Shown in pieces: positions 29,277 to 39,093 of a stretch of 64,000 nucleotides of DNA. The stretch is taken from contig OZ251219.1 in the NCBI GenBank assembly GCA_965240465.1, positions 704,001-768,000 of the forward strand, written 5' to 3'. The position numbers and the translations under genes were made by a program. Within the stretch, counting starts at the first letter, position 1. Each line of letters starts with the position of its first letter. A model generated the notes under the pieces. The model ran no database searches, was not told the DNA's origin, and saw only the letters and a program-made list of their open reading frames with translations. This DNA comes from a bacterium. GTDB taxonomy: Bacteria; SAR324; JACQKK01.

Positions 29277-29711
29277 ATGATAGATATAAACAAATGCATC
29301 CAAAACGCCATGAAGGCTCAACAACCCGACCTGCTCGTAGGTTGGCGTTCCCTTAAATCCAAAGCCAGCCACAAACTCACCGCCGCTGGCCGACAGCAAA
29401 AAACCCTCTCCGATGCTGAATGGCTCGCACTCATCCAGCGCGAACTAAAAGAACGTCAAGAAGCCAATGAATACCTCTCACCTACCCATCCCGACCACGC
29501 CATCAATCAGGCTATTATAACTGAACTCCAAACTCGGCTACCCAAACCCCTCAGCGAAGCAGAACTCACAAAACTAGTCGCAGAAACCATCAAATCCTGC
29601 CAAGCTAAATCGCCACAGGATTTCGGGGCAATTATGGGCAAACTAAAGGCTCAGCCAAGGGTGGATATGGATAAGGCGGCTGGCTTGGTTAAAAAGACCC
29701 TCGCTGGGTGA
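29277..29711 (+). CDS. GatB/YqeY domain protein
   Basis: AMKAQ...L..LK, LPKPLSEAEL, DFGAIMG pattern. Confidence 0.75.
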   Translation: MIDINKCIQNAMKAQQPDLLVGWRSLKSKASHKLTAAGRQQKTLSDAEWLALIQRELKERQEANEYLSPTHPDHAINQAIITELQTRLPKPLSEAELTKLVAETIKSCQAKSPQDFGAIMGKLKAQPRVDMDKAAGLVKKTLAG

Positions 29712-29808
29712 TAAGGGGGGGGATTTTTATTGACTTTTATTAAGTAGTGTGCTATGCAAGTAGTGCGGGGTGTGTTGGGTTTGGTTACTTTAGAAAAGTG
29801 AGGAAGAG

Positions 29809-31520
29809 ATGAGTAAGACGAGCAGTTACAGTAGTGGAACAAAAATTAGAATTAAGGCGACTCACAGAAAATTAGATGAATTAGTAGAGTCCCTAGATGA
29901 TTTTACAATCCAAATACCCATCTTTCAGCGTAATTTTGTATGGAATCTAAAACAATCAGCAAAATTATTGGACAGCATTATTAAGGGTTATCCGATCGGT
30001 TCTCTTATTTTATGGGAGACAAAAGAAGATTTAAGACGAGCGGAAACTGATGGGTTCCCTACAGGAAACATCAAGGATGGACATAATTATAATTATGTTT
30101 TGGATGGTCAGCAAAGAGTTGCCAGCATCTATTTTGTTATAAAGGGTATTAAGCGTAAAGGTAAAGGAGATAATTATTCAACAATAGGGATTTTAGATAA
30201 AGGAAATGAGGAAAAAGACATAGTTATTGTATTAAACAAGGAGCAGATAAAAAGTGGTAATTTCACCAGCATACAAGACTTATTTTCAACCAATTATAAA
30301 GGTAACCTTACGGAGTATCGTGATAGACTTAGGGGTTATACTATACCTGCTGCGGATTTGATTGGTACAGAGATGGATGAAACAGTTCAAATGTTTATCA
30401 GAATAAATACCAGTGGAACAAAACTGGGTATATTTGATGTAATGTGTGCAAAGACTTATGAAAAAGGTAAATTTGATCTACGTAAAAAATGGAATGAACT
30501 AGAAAAAGAACTTAAAAACCGAGGACAAGTAATCTATGATTTATTTCCCGTTAATATCCTTAGAGCCGTATCTCTTACATTTCATAGAGAGTCAACCGAT
30601 AAGGCTATGTTAGATGCTAATAAAAAAGATTTTATTGATAATTGGGACAAAATAAAACAGGCTGTTTTTGACACAGTACAGCTTTTTAGGGGTTATGGTG
30701 TACTTTCAATTGATGATGTTCCTTATGGTCCGTTGCATGTTTTATTCATTTGTATGCATCTCCGAATGAAAATAGAGGAAAGTGAAGGTGTTTCAAAAAA
30801 TAAAAACCTCAACTTTTCAGAAATAAAAAACTAGAAGAATTTTTCTGGGGAGCTTCCTTTTCTGAAAGATACAATCAGGCAGTAAATTCTAAGACAAAAT
30901 CGGATAGAGAAGTAATTGATAATATTGTTAAGAACCCCGAGTACGATCTTAAAAAAGCCTTTCAAAGTGATTTTTTTGGTGATCTACTGAAGCCCGCAAA
31001 AATTGAAAGCTTTTCAAAAAATGGTGCTTTTGGAAAAGCTGTCTTGTGTATTCTTGCTGAACTAGTCCCACGTTCTCCTCGGGATGGTAGAAAGGTTGAA
31101 ACAGATAGAGGTAATGTAACAGATAAAAAGAGTCAGAATCTTCATCATTTCTTTCCTAAAAAATATCTTAAAGGAACAAGATTACCCCCGAAACTTGACG
31201 ATAGTATTGGAAACATCATATTTTTAGATAAACAATCAAATACTAAAATAGGAGCAAAAGGACCTAGGAAATATTTAGGTGATTATGTAAAGCATCTTGG
31301 AGAAGATAAATTACAGGAAAGACTAGACACACATTTAATAGATTTAATATATCTAGAAAAAGAAAAAAAAGATGGGTTACTGAATTATGAAGAAACTCAA
31401 GAAGGAATTAAAAAAGCCTATGAAAAATTCCTAAATAATCGTTGTAAGCGTATTTCAGATGAAATAAAAAAACTAATTCCTTCCTTGCTAGACGAAGAAA
31501 ACACCCAACCTACCACCTAA
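29809..31520 (+). pseudogene. GmrSD-like type IV restriction gene (DUF262 plus C-terminal HNH-like domain) split by a single-base frameshift near 30801-30831
   Basis: IPIFQRNFVW, DSIIKGYPIGSL, VLDGQQR, FIRINTSG. The -1 frame is open from 30804 (KLEEFFWGASFSERY...NLHHFFPKKYL...NIIFL...N) into ORF 31044-31520. Confidence 0.8.
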
Positions 31521-31538
31521 TTAGCCAAGAACCTCTCG

Positions 31539-31585
31539 CAGTTTTCAGGCGGTTGATTTTCATTTTTCATGTACTGGAAGACGAT
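31539..31585. repeat. 47-bp perfect direct repeat, left copy
   Basis: cagttttcaggcggttgattttcatttttcatgtactggaagacgat, identical to 32484-32530. Confidence 0.95.
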
Positions 31586-31668
31586 ATGGATTATCTAACT
31601 GCCAGATTGAAAAAAAAAGGGATCTTAAACTAAAAATTTGTTTAATTATGTTTTAGGTAGAATGCTCT

Positions 31669-32442
31669 ATGTCTGAAGAAAAAGATATTAAATTAATTAT
31701 CACTATAAATAATACTGAGCCTATTAGCTTAAAAGATTTATCTGTCGGTTTAAATTCTTTTGCTACTCTGTATAAAGATTTCAATCAGGATAACAAGGAA
31801 TATCAACTGTTAGTACATGAGGTAAGGAAAGGCAGTATGGTAATGGAGTTAATTGCTTCATGCTTTCCTTTGATACCGTTAGCGAACGATTTAATCATAC
31901 AATTTGGCCATAACATGGAAGAACTTAAAATTTATTTTAAAAAAAATAAAACAGTAAGAAATCAACCTCCAAGCATTAATAAACTAATAACTGGTAATTT
32001 TAATAAATTTATTAATATAATTAAATATAAGGGAGATTCTGTTAAAATTGAAGCAAAAAATAATGATACGAACGAGAGTGTTGTTGTAAATATTGATTAT
32101 AAAGAAGCTAGAGATATGATACGCAATATATCTAATATGAAAGGTCCTGATAGTGATAAAAAGTATAAAAAACAGAAATTTCAATGGGAGCAGACAAATT
32201 TTAGTGAATCAAAAACAACAGGTAGTAAAGGGTCAATTGAGAAAATATGTGAAAAGCCATTACCAGTAATTTTTGATAATAATGAGCATAAAATACAAAT
32301 GACCACGAGCAATGATGAGGTAGATTGGCATAAAAAATTCTACATTGTAGATGTTATATTACAAATCAGATCGGGGGAGCCTACACAATACAAAATAATT
32401 AATAATTATCCAAAAGATAGCTTTCCTATTAAATTAATTTAA
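31669..32442 (+). CDS. Low-GC hypothetical protein on a direct-repeat-flanked insertion
   Basis: 257-aa ORF, strongly AT-rich. Motif L.VHEVRKGS..MEL. No family confidently recognised. Confidence 0.7.
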   Translation: MSEEKDIKLIITINNTEPISLKDLSVGLNSFATLYKDFNQDNKEYQLLVHEVRKGSMVMELIASCFPLIPLANDLIIQFGHNMEELKIYFKKNKTVRNQPPSINKLITGNFNKFINIIKYKGDSVKIEAKNNDTNESVVVNIDYKEARDMIRNISNMKGPDSDKKYKKQKFQWEQTNFSESKTTGSKGSIEKICEKPLPVIFDNNEHKIQMTTSNDEVDWHKKFYIVDVILQIRSGEPTQYKIINNYPKDSFPIKLI

Positions 32443-32461
32443 TACATTATAGTCTCAGGAG

Positions 32462-34324
32462 TTAGCGTGCCAAGAATTTTTTACAGTTTTCAGGCGGTTG
32501 ATTTTCATTTTTCATGTACTGGAAGACGATTTCTCTTAGGGTAAAGGGCAGTTGATATTGGATGGGCGGATTTTGGAGCAGAGCTCGGGTAGCTATGGTG
32601 TTATGCCCTTGTCGGATGAAGTCAGTGCTCCAGACGAGGTATTTTTTACGCCAGCGGAGAGGGATTTGCGGGGTTTGCGGGGTTTGTGAGTTTTGGATGA
32701 GGAGGGATTTAATGTCGCTGGTTTTGGATTTAGGTTTTTGTTGAAAGGTGAAGCCTCCTGGGTAGAGTGGAGTGAGTCCTCGGGGGCTGTAGTTATTTTT
32801 CCATCGTACCATTCCAGTGAGTAGGATGGCGATTTGCTTACCTTGGGCGTGGAATTGTACTATTTGGTTGGGGTAGTAGAGCCAGCGATAGATGTGTTTT
32901 CTAAGGACAGGGGTGTGTTGCTTTGGGTGGGTTTTCCATTGCTGAGCGTAGAGGATTTTAGGCAGGGGCAGCAGACTAAGTAGTGGAGCAGGAGCAGCTA
33001 TTGAGTTCAGTTGGAGGTAGTTTTTCAGGGCTTGATGCTGGAGATTACCCAGACAACGAGTAAAAGGTCGGCGTTGGCGTTTTAGGAGTTTCGGGATGAC
33101 GAAGTGCCAATCGGTAGGAGTGTTTAGACTATGTTGAGCTGCTAGGAAGCGTTTTTTGGCATAGTTCGGCAGTTGGGTTTGCTGTGGAGTAAGGGAGGGC
33201 AATAGAATTGCGGCGGCGGATATTTTAGGCGGAGTGCTGGGCGGAGTGCTGGGAGGAGTGCGTTGATTGGAGGGATTGTCGGGGTGAGATTTTAGTTTAA
33301 TACGAACGAGCATTAGTCCTCGCCCGCTGGAGCCTACTTCCAGCAGTGGAATGGGCTGAGCGGGTATTTGCCAGCGTAGTTGTTGGTAAGGAAGGGGAGC
33401 ATAAGATAGACGATGAGAACCGCCACTGAGTACGAGGTCGGGATGAGCCTCGGGAGGGAGTTTCCATTTCCAAGCGACCAAGCTGGCAGCAGCAGGCAGG
33501 GGTTGATTTTCAGTAGCAGCGCGTTCCCAGCCGTAAAAGGGGTCGGCACCGCTGTGCATAAGAGCAATGACCAGATTCACCTTTTCCACTTTCCTTAGGT
33601 GAGGCACCCAACGACGCAATCCCGCCCGAATGCTACCCATCCGCCAAGGACCTCGCCACTCGGCTGCCGAAGCTCTAAGTCCGGGCTGTCCAAAACCAAG
33701 CACTCCCACCGAGATATTACCTCTTTTAACAATCACATAAGGAGTAAATACAGGTTCTCCTTGAGGGTTCAGGGCATTGGCTGCCAGCCAAGCAAAATCG
33801 GAGGCAGAATGTGATTTTTCCAGATGTTTGGCATTCAAGTCATAGTTGCCTATCGCCATGGCATCCCAGCCGATTTGGTTCATCAGCTGGATTGCGGGCA
33901 AGTTGCCATACTTATCTGCGGGTGGTTTTTCTCGCAGAGATTCTTGTGGTAGCACGCTGGAAGATGAACCAAATAAGCTGTCCCCAGCATCTAGTAAGAT
34001 CAAGCGATGATGGCTCTGGTTCTGTATCTTTGCCAGCAAGCTTTGTAAAGGTATCCAGCCTCGCTGATGAGAATAAGTATCGGTGAGCAAGCCATTATAA
34101 TCGGCAGTGACCGCCAGCCATAAGCTTTCCTCATCGGGAGCAGCAGTACTCACCAGTTCTTTCTCAGCCGAGCCAAGCTGAGTAAATTGAAGATACCAAA
34201 CCAAACAGAACACAATAGCTACTGAGGCCATCAATAATAACAGGACTTTCCAGCCTAGTGAACTGGATAGCTGGGTAGCAATTTTCCTTGCCTGCTGGTT
34301 AGCACCTCTCATGTTGAGGGGCAT
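32462..34324 (-). CDS. 5'-nucleotidase / 2',3'-cyclic phosphodiesterase-like metallophosphoesterase with degenerate motifs
   Basis: N-terminal TM. TADYNG, LLDAGD..FGS, AIGNYD, WLAANA, PYVIV, VGVLG, LMHSG, GGSH. Confidence 0.7.
   Translation of the reverse strand: MPLNMRGANQQARKIATQLSSSLGWKVLLLLMASVAIVFCLVWYLQFTQLGSAEKELVSTAAPDEESLWLAVTADYNGLLTDTYSHQRGWIPLQSLLAKIQNQSHHRLILLDAGDSLFGSSSSVLPQESLREKPPADKYGNLPAIQLMNQIGWDAMAIGNYDLNAKHLEKSHSASDFAWLAANALNPQGEPVFTPYVIVKRGNISVGVLGFGQPGLRASAAEWRGPWRMGSIRAGLRRWVPHLRKVEKVNLVIALMHSGADPFYGWERAATENQPLPAAASLVAWKWKLPPEAHPDLVLSGGSHRLSYAPLPYQQLRWQIPAQPIPLLEVGSSGRGLMLVRIKLKSHPDNPSNQRTPPSTPPSTPPKISAAAILLPSLTPQQTQLPNYAKKRFLAAQHSLNTPTDWHFVIPKLLKRQRRPFTRCLGNLQHQALKNYLQLNSIAAPAPLLSLLPLPKILYAQQWKTHPKQHTPVLRKHIYRWLYYPNQIVQFHAQGKQIAILLTGMVRWKNNYSPRGLTPLYPGGFTFQQKPKSKTSDIKSLLIQNSQTPQTPQIPLRWRKKYLVWSTDFIRQGHNTIATRALLQNPPIQYQLPFTLREIVFQYMKNENQPPENCKKFLAR
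32484..32530. repeat. 47-bp perfect direct repeat, right copy (inside the 3' end of the nucleotidase-like gene)
   Basis: Identical to 31539-31585. Confidence 0.95.
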
Positions 34325-34917
34325 CTTTTTTTCAGGGTTTGAGCCAACTGAGCTAACTGAACCGATTGAGCCTCGGAGCTGCTTTGAGTGCTTATTTTTC
34401 CTAAGAGTCGGGTTGCCATAGCTGGTTTCATGTTTTGTAAAATCTGCCCTAGTGATTCCAAGCCCAGACTAAGGGATGGTGGTTTGAGACGCTTTTTTAG
34501 GCTGCGATTGACATCTTTTAGTACCAGAGGAGATACGTGTTCCAGCGAAGCCATTCTCAGGGCTAGCTCTTGTTGTAGGGAACTAGGCATGGCTTGCAGC
34601 ACCGCGGCTGCCTGAGAGCGAGGGCGTATTTGCATTAGAACTAAGGTAGCTGCTTGAGGGTGCTCGGTACTGAGTAGCTGGGCGGTTACTGCGGCTGATA
34701 AATGATTTAAGGTTACGATTCCTCCTAGTTGGCTGAGCCGTTGCTGATAAAAATCACTCAGTACTTGGTTCACTTCAGCCCAGCTGGCATCGGCAGCCTG
34801 CTTAATGGAGCCTGCTACCTGATCTACTTGCTGAGGTTGCATGCGTGCCAACACTTGCTTAGCCCTTCTGTGACCCAGCGATAACAACAAAATAGCAGAT
34901 TTTCGTACTACTGACAT
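34309..34917 (-). CDS. Truncated FliG-like protein (N and middle domains)
   Basis: KSAILLLSLG, EHPQ motif, 'RMASLEHVSPLVLKDV'. Lacks the C-terminal torque domain. Start set at ATG 34917. Confidence 0.65.
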   Translation of the reverse strand: MSVVRKSAILLLSLGHRRAKQVLARMQPQQVDQVAGSIKQAADASWAEVNQVLSDFYQQRLSQLGGIVTLNHLSAAVTAQLLSTEHPQAATLVLMQIRPRSQAAAVLQAMPSSLQQELALRMASLEHVSPLVLKDVNRSLKKRLKPPSLSLGLESLGQILQNMKPAMATRLLGKISTQSSSEAQSVQLAQLAQTLKKRCPST

Positions 34918-35106
34918 TATATCCCCAAGAAAACACCCCCATAACCCGCTTAAAGGCTTCTTATTAGGAGGTGCATGCAAAAATCGGGTCTTTTTATTTG
35001 CTCCTTAGTATCAAAAGGGGTTATCTTTGTGGTGGAGTGACTGGAGCATTACTCGGTATTACTCAGTGGTTGCTGGATACTCAAAGGATGGAGTTGTAAG
35101 GGAACG

Positions 35107-36849
35107 ATGGCATTAAATCTAAAACTTCAGCTGCGACAAAATCAGCAGTTGATCATGACCCCTCAGTTACAACAAGCGATTCGCTTGTTGCAGTTATCGC
35201 GTTTGGAATTGGAGTCATTGGTAAATCAGGCTTTGGTGGAGAATCCGGTTTTGGAGGAGGATGAAAACAGAGGCGAAGATATGGAGTCATCAGGCTTAGA
35301 TCAAGGGGAGGAGGGGGGTGAAGCGGGTAGTAGCCTAGATAGTACTGCAGATGGTGTTGCAGATGGTACTGCGGATGGTGTTGAAGATGGTACTGCGGAT
35401 GGTGTTGAAGATGGTACTGCGGATGGTGTTGAAGATGGTACTGCGGAGAATAACGTGGATGATGGCGGGGATTTGATTAGGAACGAGCAGCATGAGGAGA
35501 CTGACCGTGACTGGCAAGAGTACATAGAGAGTGGTTCGGGAGTTATTCCAGAGCGTTCAGCAGGCAAGAGCGGTGAGGAGCCTCAGTTGGAAGCGATTTT
35601 ATCTAGGGATGAGTCTTTACGGGAGCATTTGCTGTGGCAGTTAAAGATGACTTCTTGGAGTGATGCCGAACGGAAGTTAGGTAGGCAGTTGGTAGGCAAT
35701 TTGGATGAGGATGGCTATTTGGTTGTGAGTTTGGGGGAGATATTGGAGACCAATATAGCCTTGGCTGGTGAGTTTGAGGAAGAACTTAAGCAAGAGCGTT
35801 TAACCTTATCTCAGGATGGTTTAGATTTGGAGTTATTGTGGGTGAAGCATGATTCCAAGCCCGCGGGCAAGGAAGGAAATCTTAGAATTAAGCCAGCGGT
35901 TGCTTTGGCTGCTGAAGCCGTTTTGCAGCAGGTGCATCAGTGGGATCCAGTTGGTTGCGGCACTCGTAATTTGCAGGAGTGCTTAGTGGCACAGCTAAAA
36001 TCCATGGGACTGGCAACTCATCCAGCCATACATATCATACACAAAGACCTAAAACTGCTGGAACGCCGCGACCTAAATAAAATAAGCTCCCGACACAAAC
36101 TGAGCCTCGCAGATACCATCGCCGCTTGGCAATTAATAACCTCCCTGGAACCTAAACCAGGCCGCCCCTTCACCGAAAGCCGAGCGGTGAACATCATCCC
36201 CGATGTCTACCTGTTCAAAGTGAACAACCCTGTCAATGCTAGTGATGTCATCGGCAATTATAGGATCTCCCTCAATGAAAATGGCATCCCGCGTCTACGT
36301 ATCAGCGAGTATTATCGCCTGCTGTACGAAAAATCCAACGATAGTAATTCCTTGACCAACCAATATCTGCAAGAAAAAATCAAAGCTGGACAATGGCTCA
36401 TGCGTAGTATTGAACAACGACAAAAAACCATCCTTAAGGTTTCTCAAAGCATCGTTAAACACCAATATGAATTCTTTGAAAACGGCATTGATAATCTAAA
36501 ACCCCTGGTACTAAAAGATATTGCAGAAGACATCGGAGTACACGAATCAACCGTCAGTCGGATAACCACCAACAAGTACATGCACACCCCGCAAGGACTA
36601 TTTGAACTAAAGTACTTCTTCACCAGCGGAGTAGGACAAGAAGATGGAGAAATAATCTCCTCTAAAAAAATCAAGGACATGATCCTCAAACTGGTTAACA
36701 AGGAAAATCACCGCAAACCTTATACCGATATCCAAATCGCCGATATCTTGAACCAAGAATTTAAAATCAAGGTTGCTCGCCGCACGGTCGCCAAATATCG
36801 TGAAGCCCTAAATGTGCTACCTTCTAATTGCAGAAAAAAATTGTTTTAA
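35107..36849 (+). CDS. rpoN: RNA polymerase sigma-54 factor
   Basis: MTPQLQQAIRLLQL, HESTVSR, ARRTVAKYRE RpoN box. 24-bp repeats in acidic region II. Confidence 0.98.
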   Translation: MALNLKLQLRQNQQLIMTPQLQQAIRLLQLSRLELESLVNQALVENPVLEEDENRGEDMESSGLDQGEEGGEAGSSLDSTADGVADGTADGVEDGTADGVEDGTADGVEDGTAENNVDDGGDLIRNEQHEETDRDWQEYIESGSGVIPERSAGKSGEEPQLEAILSRDESLREHLLWQLKMTSWSDAERKLGRQLVGNLDEDGYLVVSLGEILETNIALAGEFEEELKQERLTLSQDGLDLELLWVKHDSKPAGKEGNLRIKPAVALAAEAVLQQVHQWDPVGCGTRNLQECLVAQLKSMGLATHPAIHIIHKDLKLLERRDLNKISSRHKLSLADTIAAWQLITSLEPKPGRPFTESRAVNIIPDVYLFKVNNPVNASDVIGNYRISLNENGIPRLRISEYYRLLYEKSNDSNSLTNQYLQEKIKAGQWLMRSIEQRQKTILKVSQSIVKHQYEFFENGIDNLKPLVLKDIAEDIGVHESTVSRITTNKYMHTPQGLFELKYFFTSGVGQEDGEIISSKKIKDMILKLVNKENHRKPYTDIQIADILNQEFKIKVARRTVAKYREALNVLPSNCRKKLF

Positions 36850-36896
36850 GCACGTTCTAACTCTTCACCAGCCGATCACCAGCCTATCACCAGCCT

Positions 36897-38279
36897 ATGA
36901 AATCATACGACCTGATCGCAATTGGTTCAGGACCCGCCGGCGAAAGAGCAGCTATGCAAGCGAGAAAATTGGCACGCTCGGTGTTGGTGATAGAAGAAGA
37001 TTTTACCCCTGGGGGAAGTTGTACTCATCGGGGTACTATTCCCAGCAAAACCCTGCGGGAATCGGTTAAGTATCTCCAACTTCTCTGGGATCGTTCGCTA
37101 TACGGGATGTCTCTTAATATGAAGGAGCCTCTTACCATCAACCGCCTTATGCATCGCAAGAATGCTGCGGTAGCCTCTTTGGTGGAGCGACAACAAAACA
37201 ACATGCGACGCAATGAGGTGGATTATCTGCGCGGCCAAGCCTGCTTTAAAGATGAACATACCATCGCGGTTAAACTGCCCGATGGTAGTCAGGATATTGT
37301 ACGGGGTAAATGTGTTGTGATCGCCAGTGGTAGCCGACCCTTGCATCCTAAGAGAGTTGATTTCCAGCATCCTCGCATTTGCGACAGCGATAGCGTTCTA
37401 GAAATGCAACAGATTCCTAAAACCCTCACCATTTTTGGGGCTGGAGTGATTGGTTGTGAATACGCCTCCATTTTTTCGGCTATGGATGTAAAGGTGAATT
37501 TGGTCAATCCTCGGCAGGATCTGCTGGATTTTCTAGATTCAGAAATTTCTAGAACCTTGTCTTATTTAATGAGAGAATCGGGAATTCATTTGTACTTTGG
37601 GGAAGCCCTCAAAGAAGTCACCGCAGATGATGAAAAAGTACAACTAATCACCAAAACAGGCAAAACCATCAAAAGCGATTATCTGCTGATGGCTAGCGGA
37701 CGCACTGGCAATACCGAAAAACTAGGGCTGGATAAATTATCCATTGCAGTGAATAGCCGACAACAAATAATGGTCAATGAGTGCTTTCAAACCAGCGTTC
37801 CTCATATTTATGCGGTCGGGGATGTGATTGGATTTCCTGCTCTGGCGGCTACGGCTATGGATCAGGGTCGCTTTGCGGCTCTGCATGCTTTTGAGGACTC
37901 CCTAGAACCACCGAATACTAGCCTTATGCCAGCTGGTATTTATACCATTCCTGAGATTGCTACCGTGGGTGCCAGCGAAGAAGAATTATCAAAAAAGAGT
38001 GTCCCCTATCAAGTGGGAGTAGCTAACTACCGTGAAATTGCCAAATGCCAAATCTCAGGACACACCGTCGGAAAACTAAAACTGATCTTCCACCACGAAA
38101 CTTACAAATTACTGGGAGTACACATTATAGGAGAATGTGCTACCGACCTCATTCACATAGGACAGGCAGTGATGGTTTTTGGAGGTTCCATCCAATACTT
38201 TTTGGATCATACCTTCAATTATCCCACCCTCAGCGAATGTTATCGGGTAGCCACCTTTAATGGACTCAATCGTCTTTAG
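36897..38279 (+). CDS. sthA: Soluble pyridine nucleotide transhydrogenase
   Basis: GSGPAG, GGSCTHRGTIPSKTLRE, GAGVIGCEYASIF, GIYTIPEI, TFNYPTLSE. Confidence 0.93.
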   Translation: MKSYDLIAIGSGPAGERAAMQARKLARSVLVIEEDFTPGGSCTHRGTIPSKTLRESVKYLQLLWDRSLYGMSLNMKEPLTINRLMHRKNAAVASLVERQQNNMRRNEVDYLRGQACFKDEHTIAVKLPDGSQDIVRGKCVVIASGSRPLHPKRVDFQHPRICDSDSVLEMQQIPKTLTIFGAGVIGCEYASIFSAMDVKVNLVNPRQDLLDFLDSEISRTLSYLMRESGIHLYFGEALKEVTADDEKVQLITKTGKTIKSDYLLMASGRTGNTEKLGLDKLSIAVNSRQQIMVNECFQTSVPHIYAVGDVIGFPALAATAMDQGRFAALHAFEDSLEPPNTSLMPAGIYTIPEIATVGASEEELSKKSVPYQVGVANYREIAKCQISGHTVGKLKLIFHHETYKLLGVHIIGECATDLIHIGQAVMVFGGSIQYFLDHTFNYPTLSECYRVATFNGLNRL

Positions 38280-38296
38280 AAGCCTCACAGGAGCTT

Positions 38297-39001
38297 ATGA
38301 CCATCGCCATCGGAGATATCCACGGCTGCTTGCATCCTTTGAAACTTCTTATCCCCAAACTACCTCCTGCTGAGCCCTTGGTGTTCTTGGGAGATTACAT
38401 TGACCGCGGCCCTCACAGCTTTGGAGTGATTGAATTCCTCCAGCAGTTATCCCAGCAGCGTACCTGCCATTTTTTGACTGGTAATCACGAAGACCTAATG
38501 CTGAAGGTTTCTGGAGCCAGCACGGCTACCAATTGGCTGATGAACGGTGGCGATAGTACTCTTAGAAGCTATAAAACCGACCCCCTTAAGTGGTTCAGAT
38601 CTCCCGATAAATTAGCTTTTCTTAAACAGCATCGCCATTTTTTTGAGAACCTCGTGCTCAGTTATGAGGACGAACACGCCATTTATGTGCACGCGGGGAT
38701 AGACCCCTCGGTGCCATCCCTTCAGCAACAAAAAAGAGATGTCTTGCTTTGGATCAGGGAAGATTTCTTCCAGCATTTGGATTTATGGTCAGGTAAGCCG
38801 ATCATTTTTGGGCATACTCCCACTACTAACCTAGGATCTAAGCTAGGGTCTCTGTGGCGACATCCCCGAGCCATAGGAATAGACACAGGCTGTGTGTACG
38901 GAGGAGTACTCACGGCCCTCCAAGTTCCTAGCTATAAAAGCTGGCGACAGGGAGATAGCTCCATGCTGGATAGACATCGCTTGAAACAAAAAAATGGGTG
39001 A
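38297..39001 (+). CDS. Ser/Thr protein phosphatase family metallophosphoesterase
   Basis: GDIHG, GDYIDRG, GNHE, HAG, GHTP, IDTG. Confidence 0.9.
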   Translation: MTIAIGDIHGCLHPLKLLIPKLPPAEPLVFLGDYIDRGPHSFGVIEFLQQLSQQRTCHFLTGNHEDLMLKVSGASTATNWLMNGGDSTLRSYKTDPLKWFRSPDKLAFLKQHRHFFENLVLSYEDEHAIYVHAGIDPSVPSLQQQKRDVLLWIREDFFQHLDLWSGKPIIFGHTPTTNLGSKLGSLWRHPRAIGIDTGCVYGGVLTALQVPSYKSWRQGDSSMLDRHRLKQKNG

Positions 39002-39093
39002 TGATAAAAGCCTGCCGATGCATAGCTTATGAAAGCCTATCAGGCACTAAGCAGCTCTATAAAAAGAAACGAAATAATCCCCCTTTACATACA

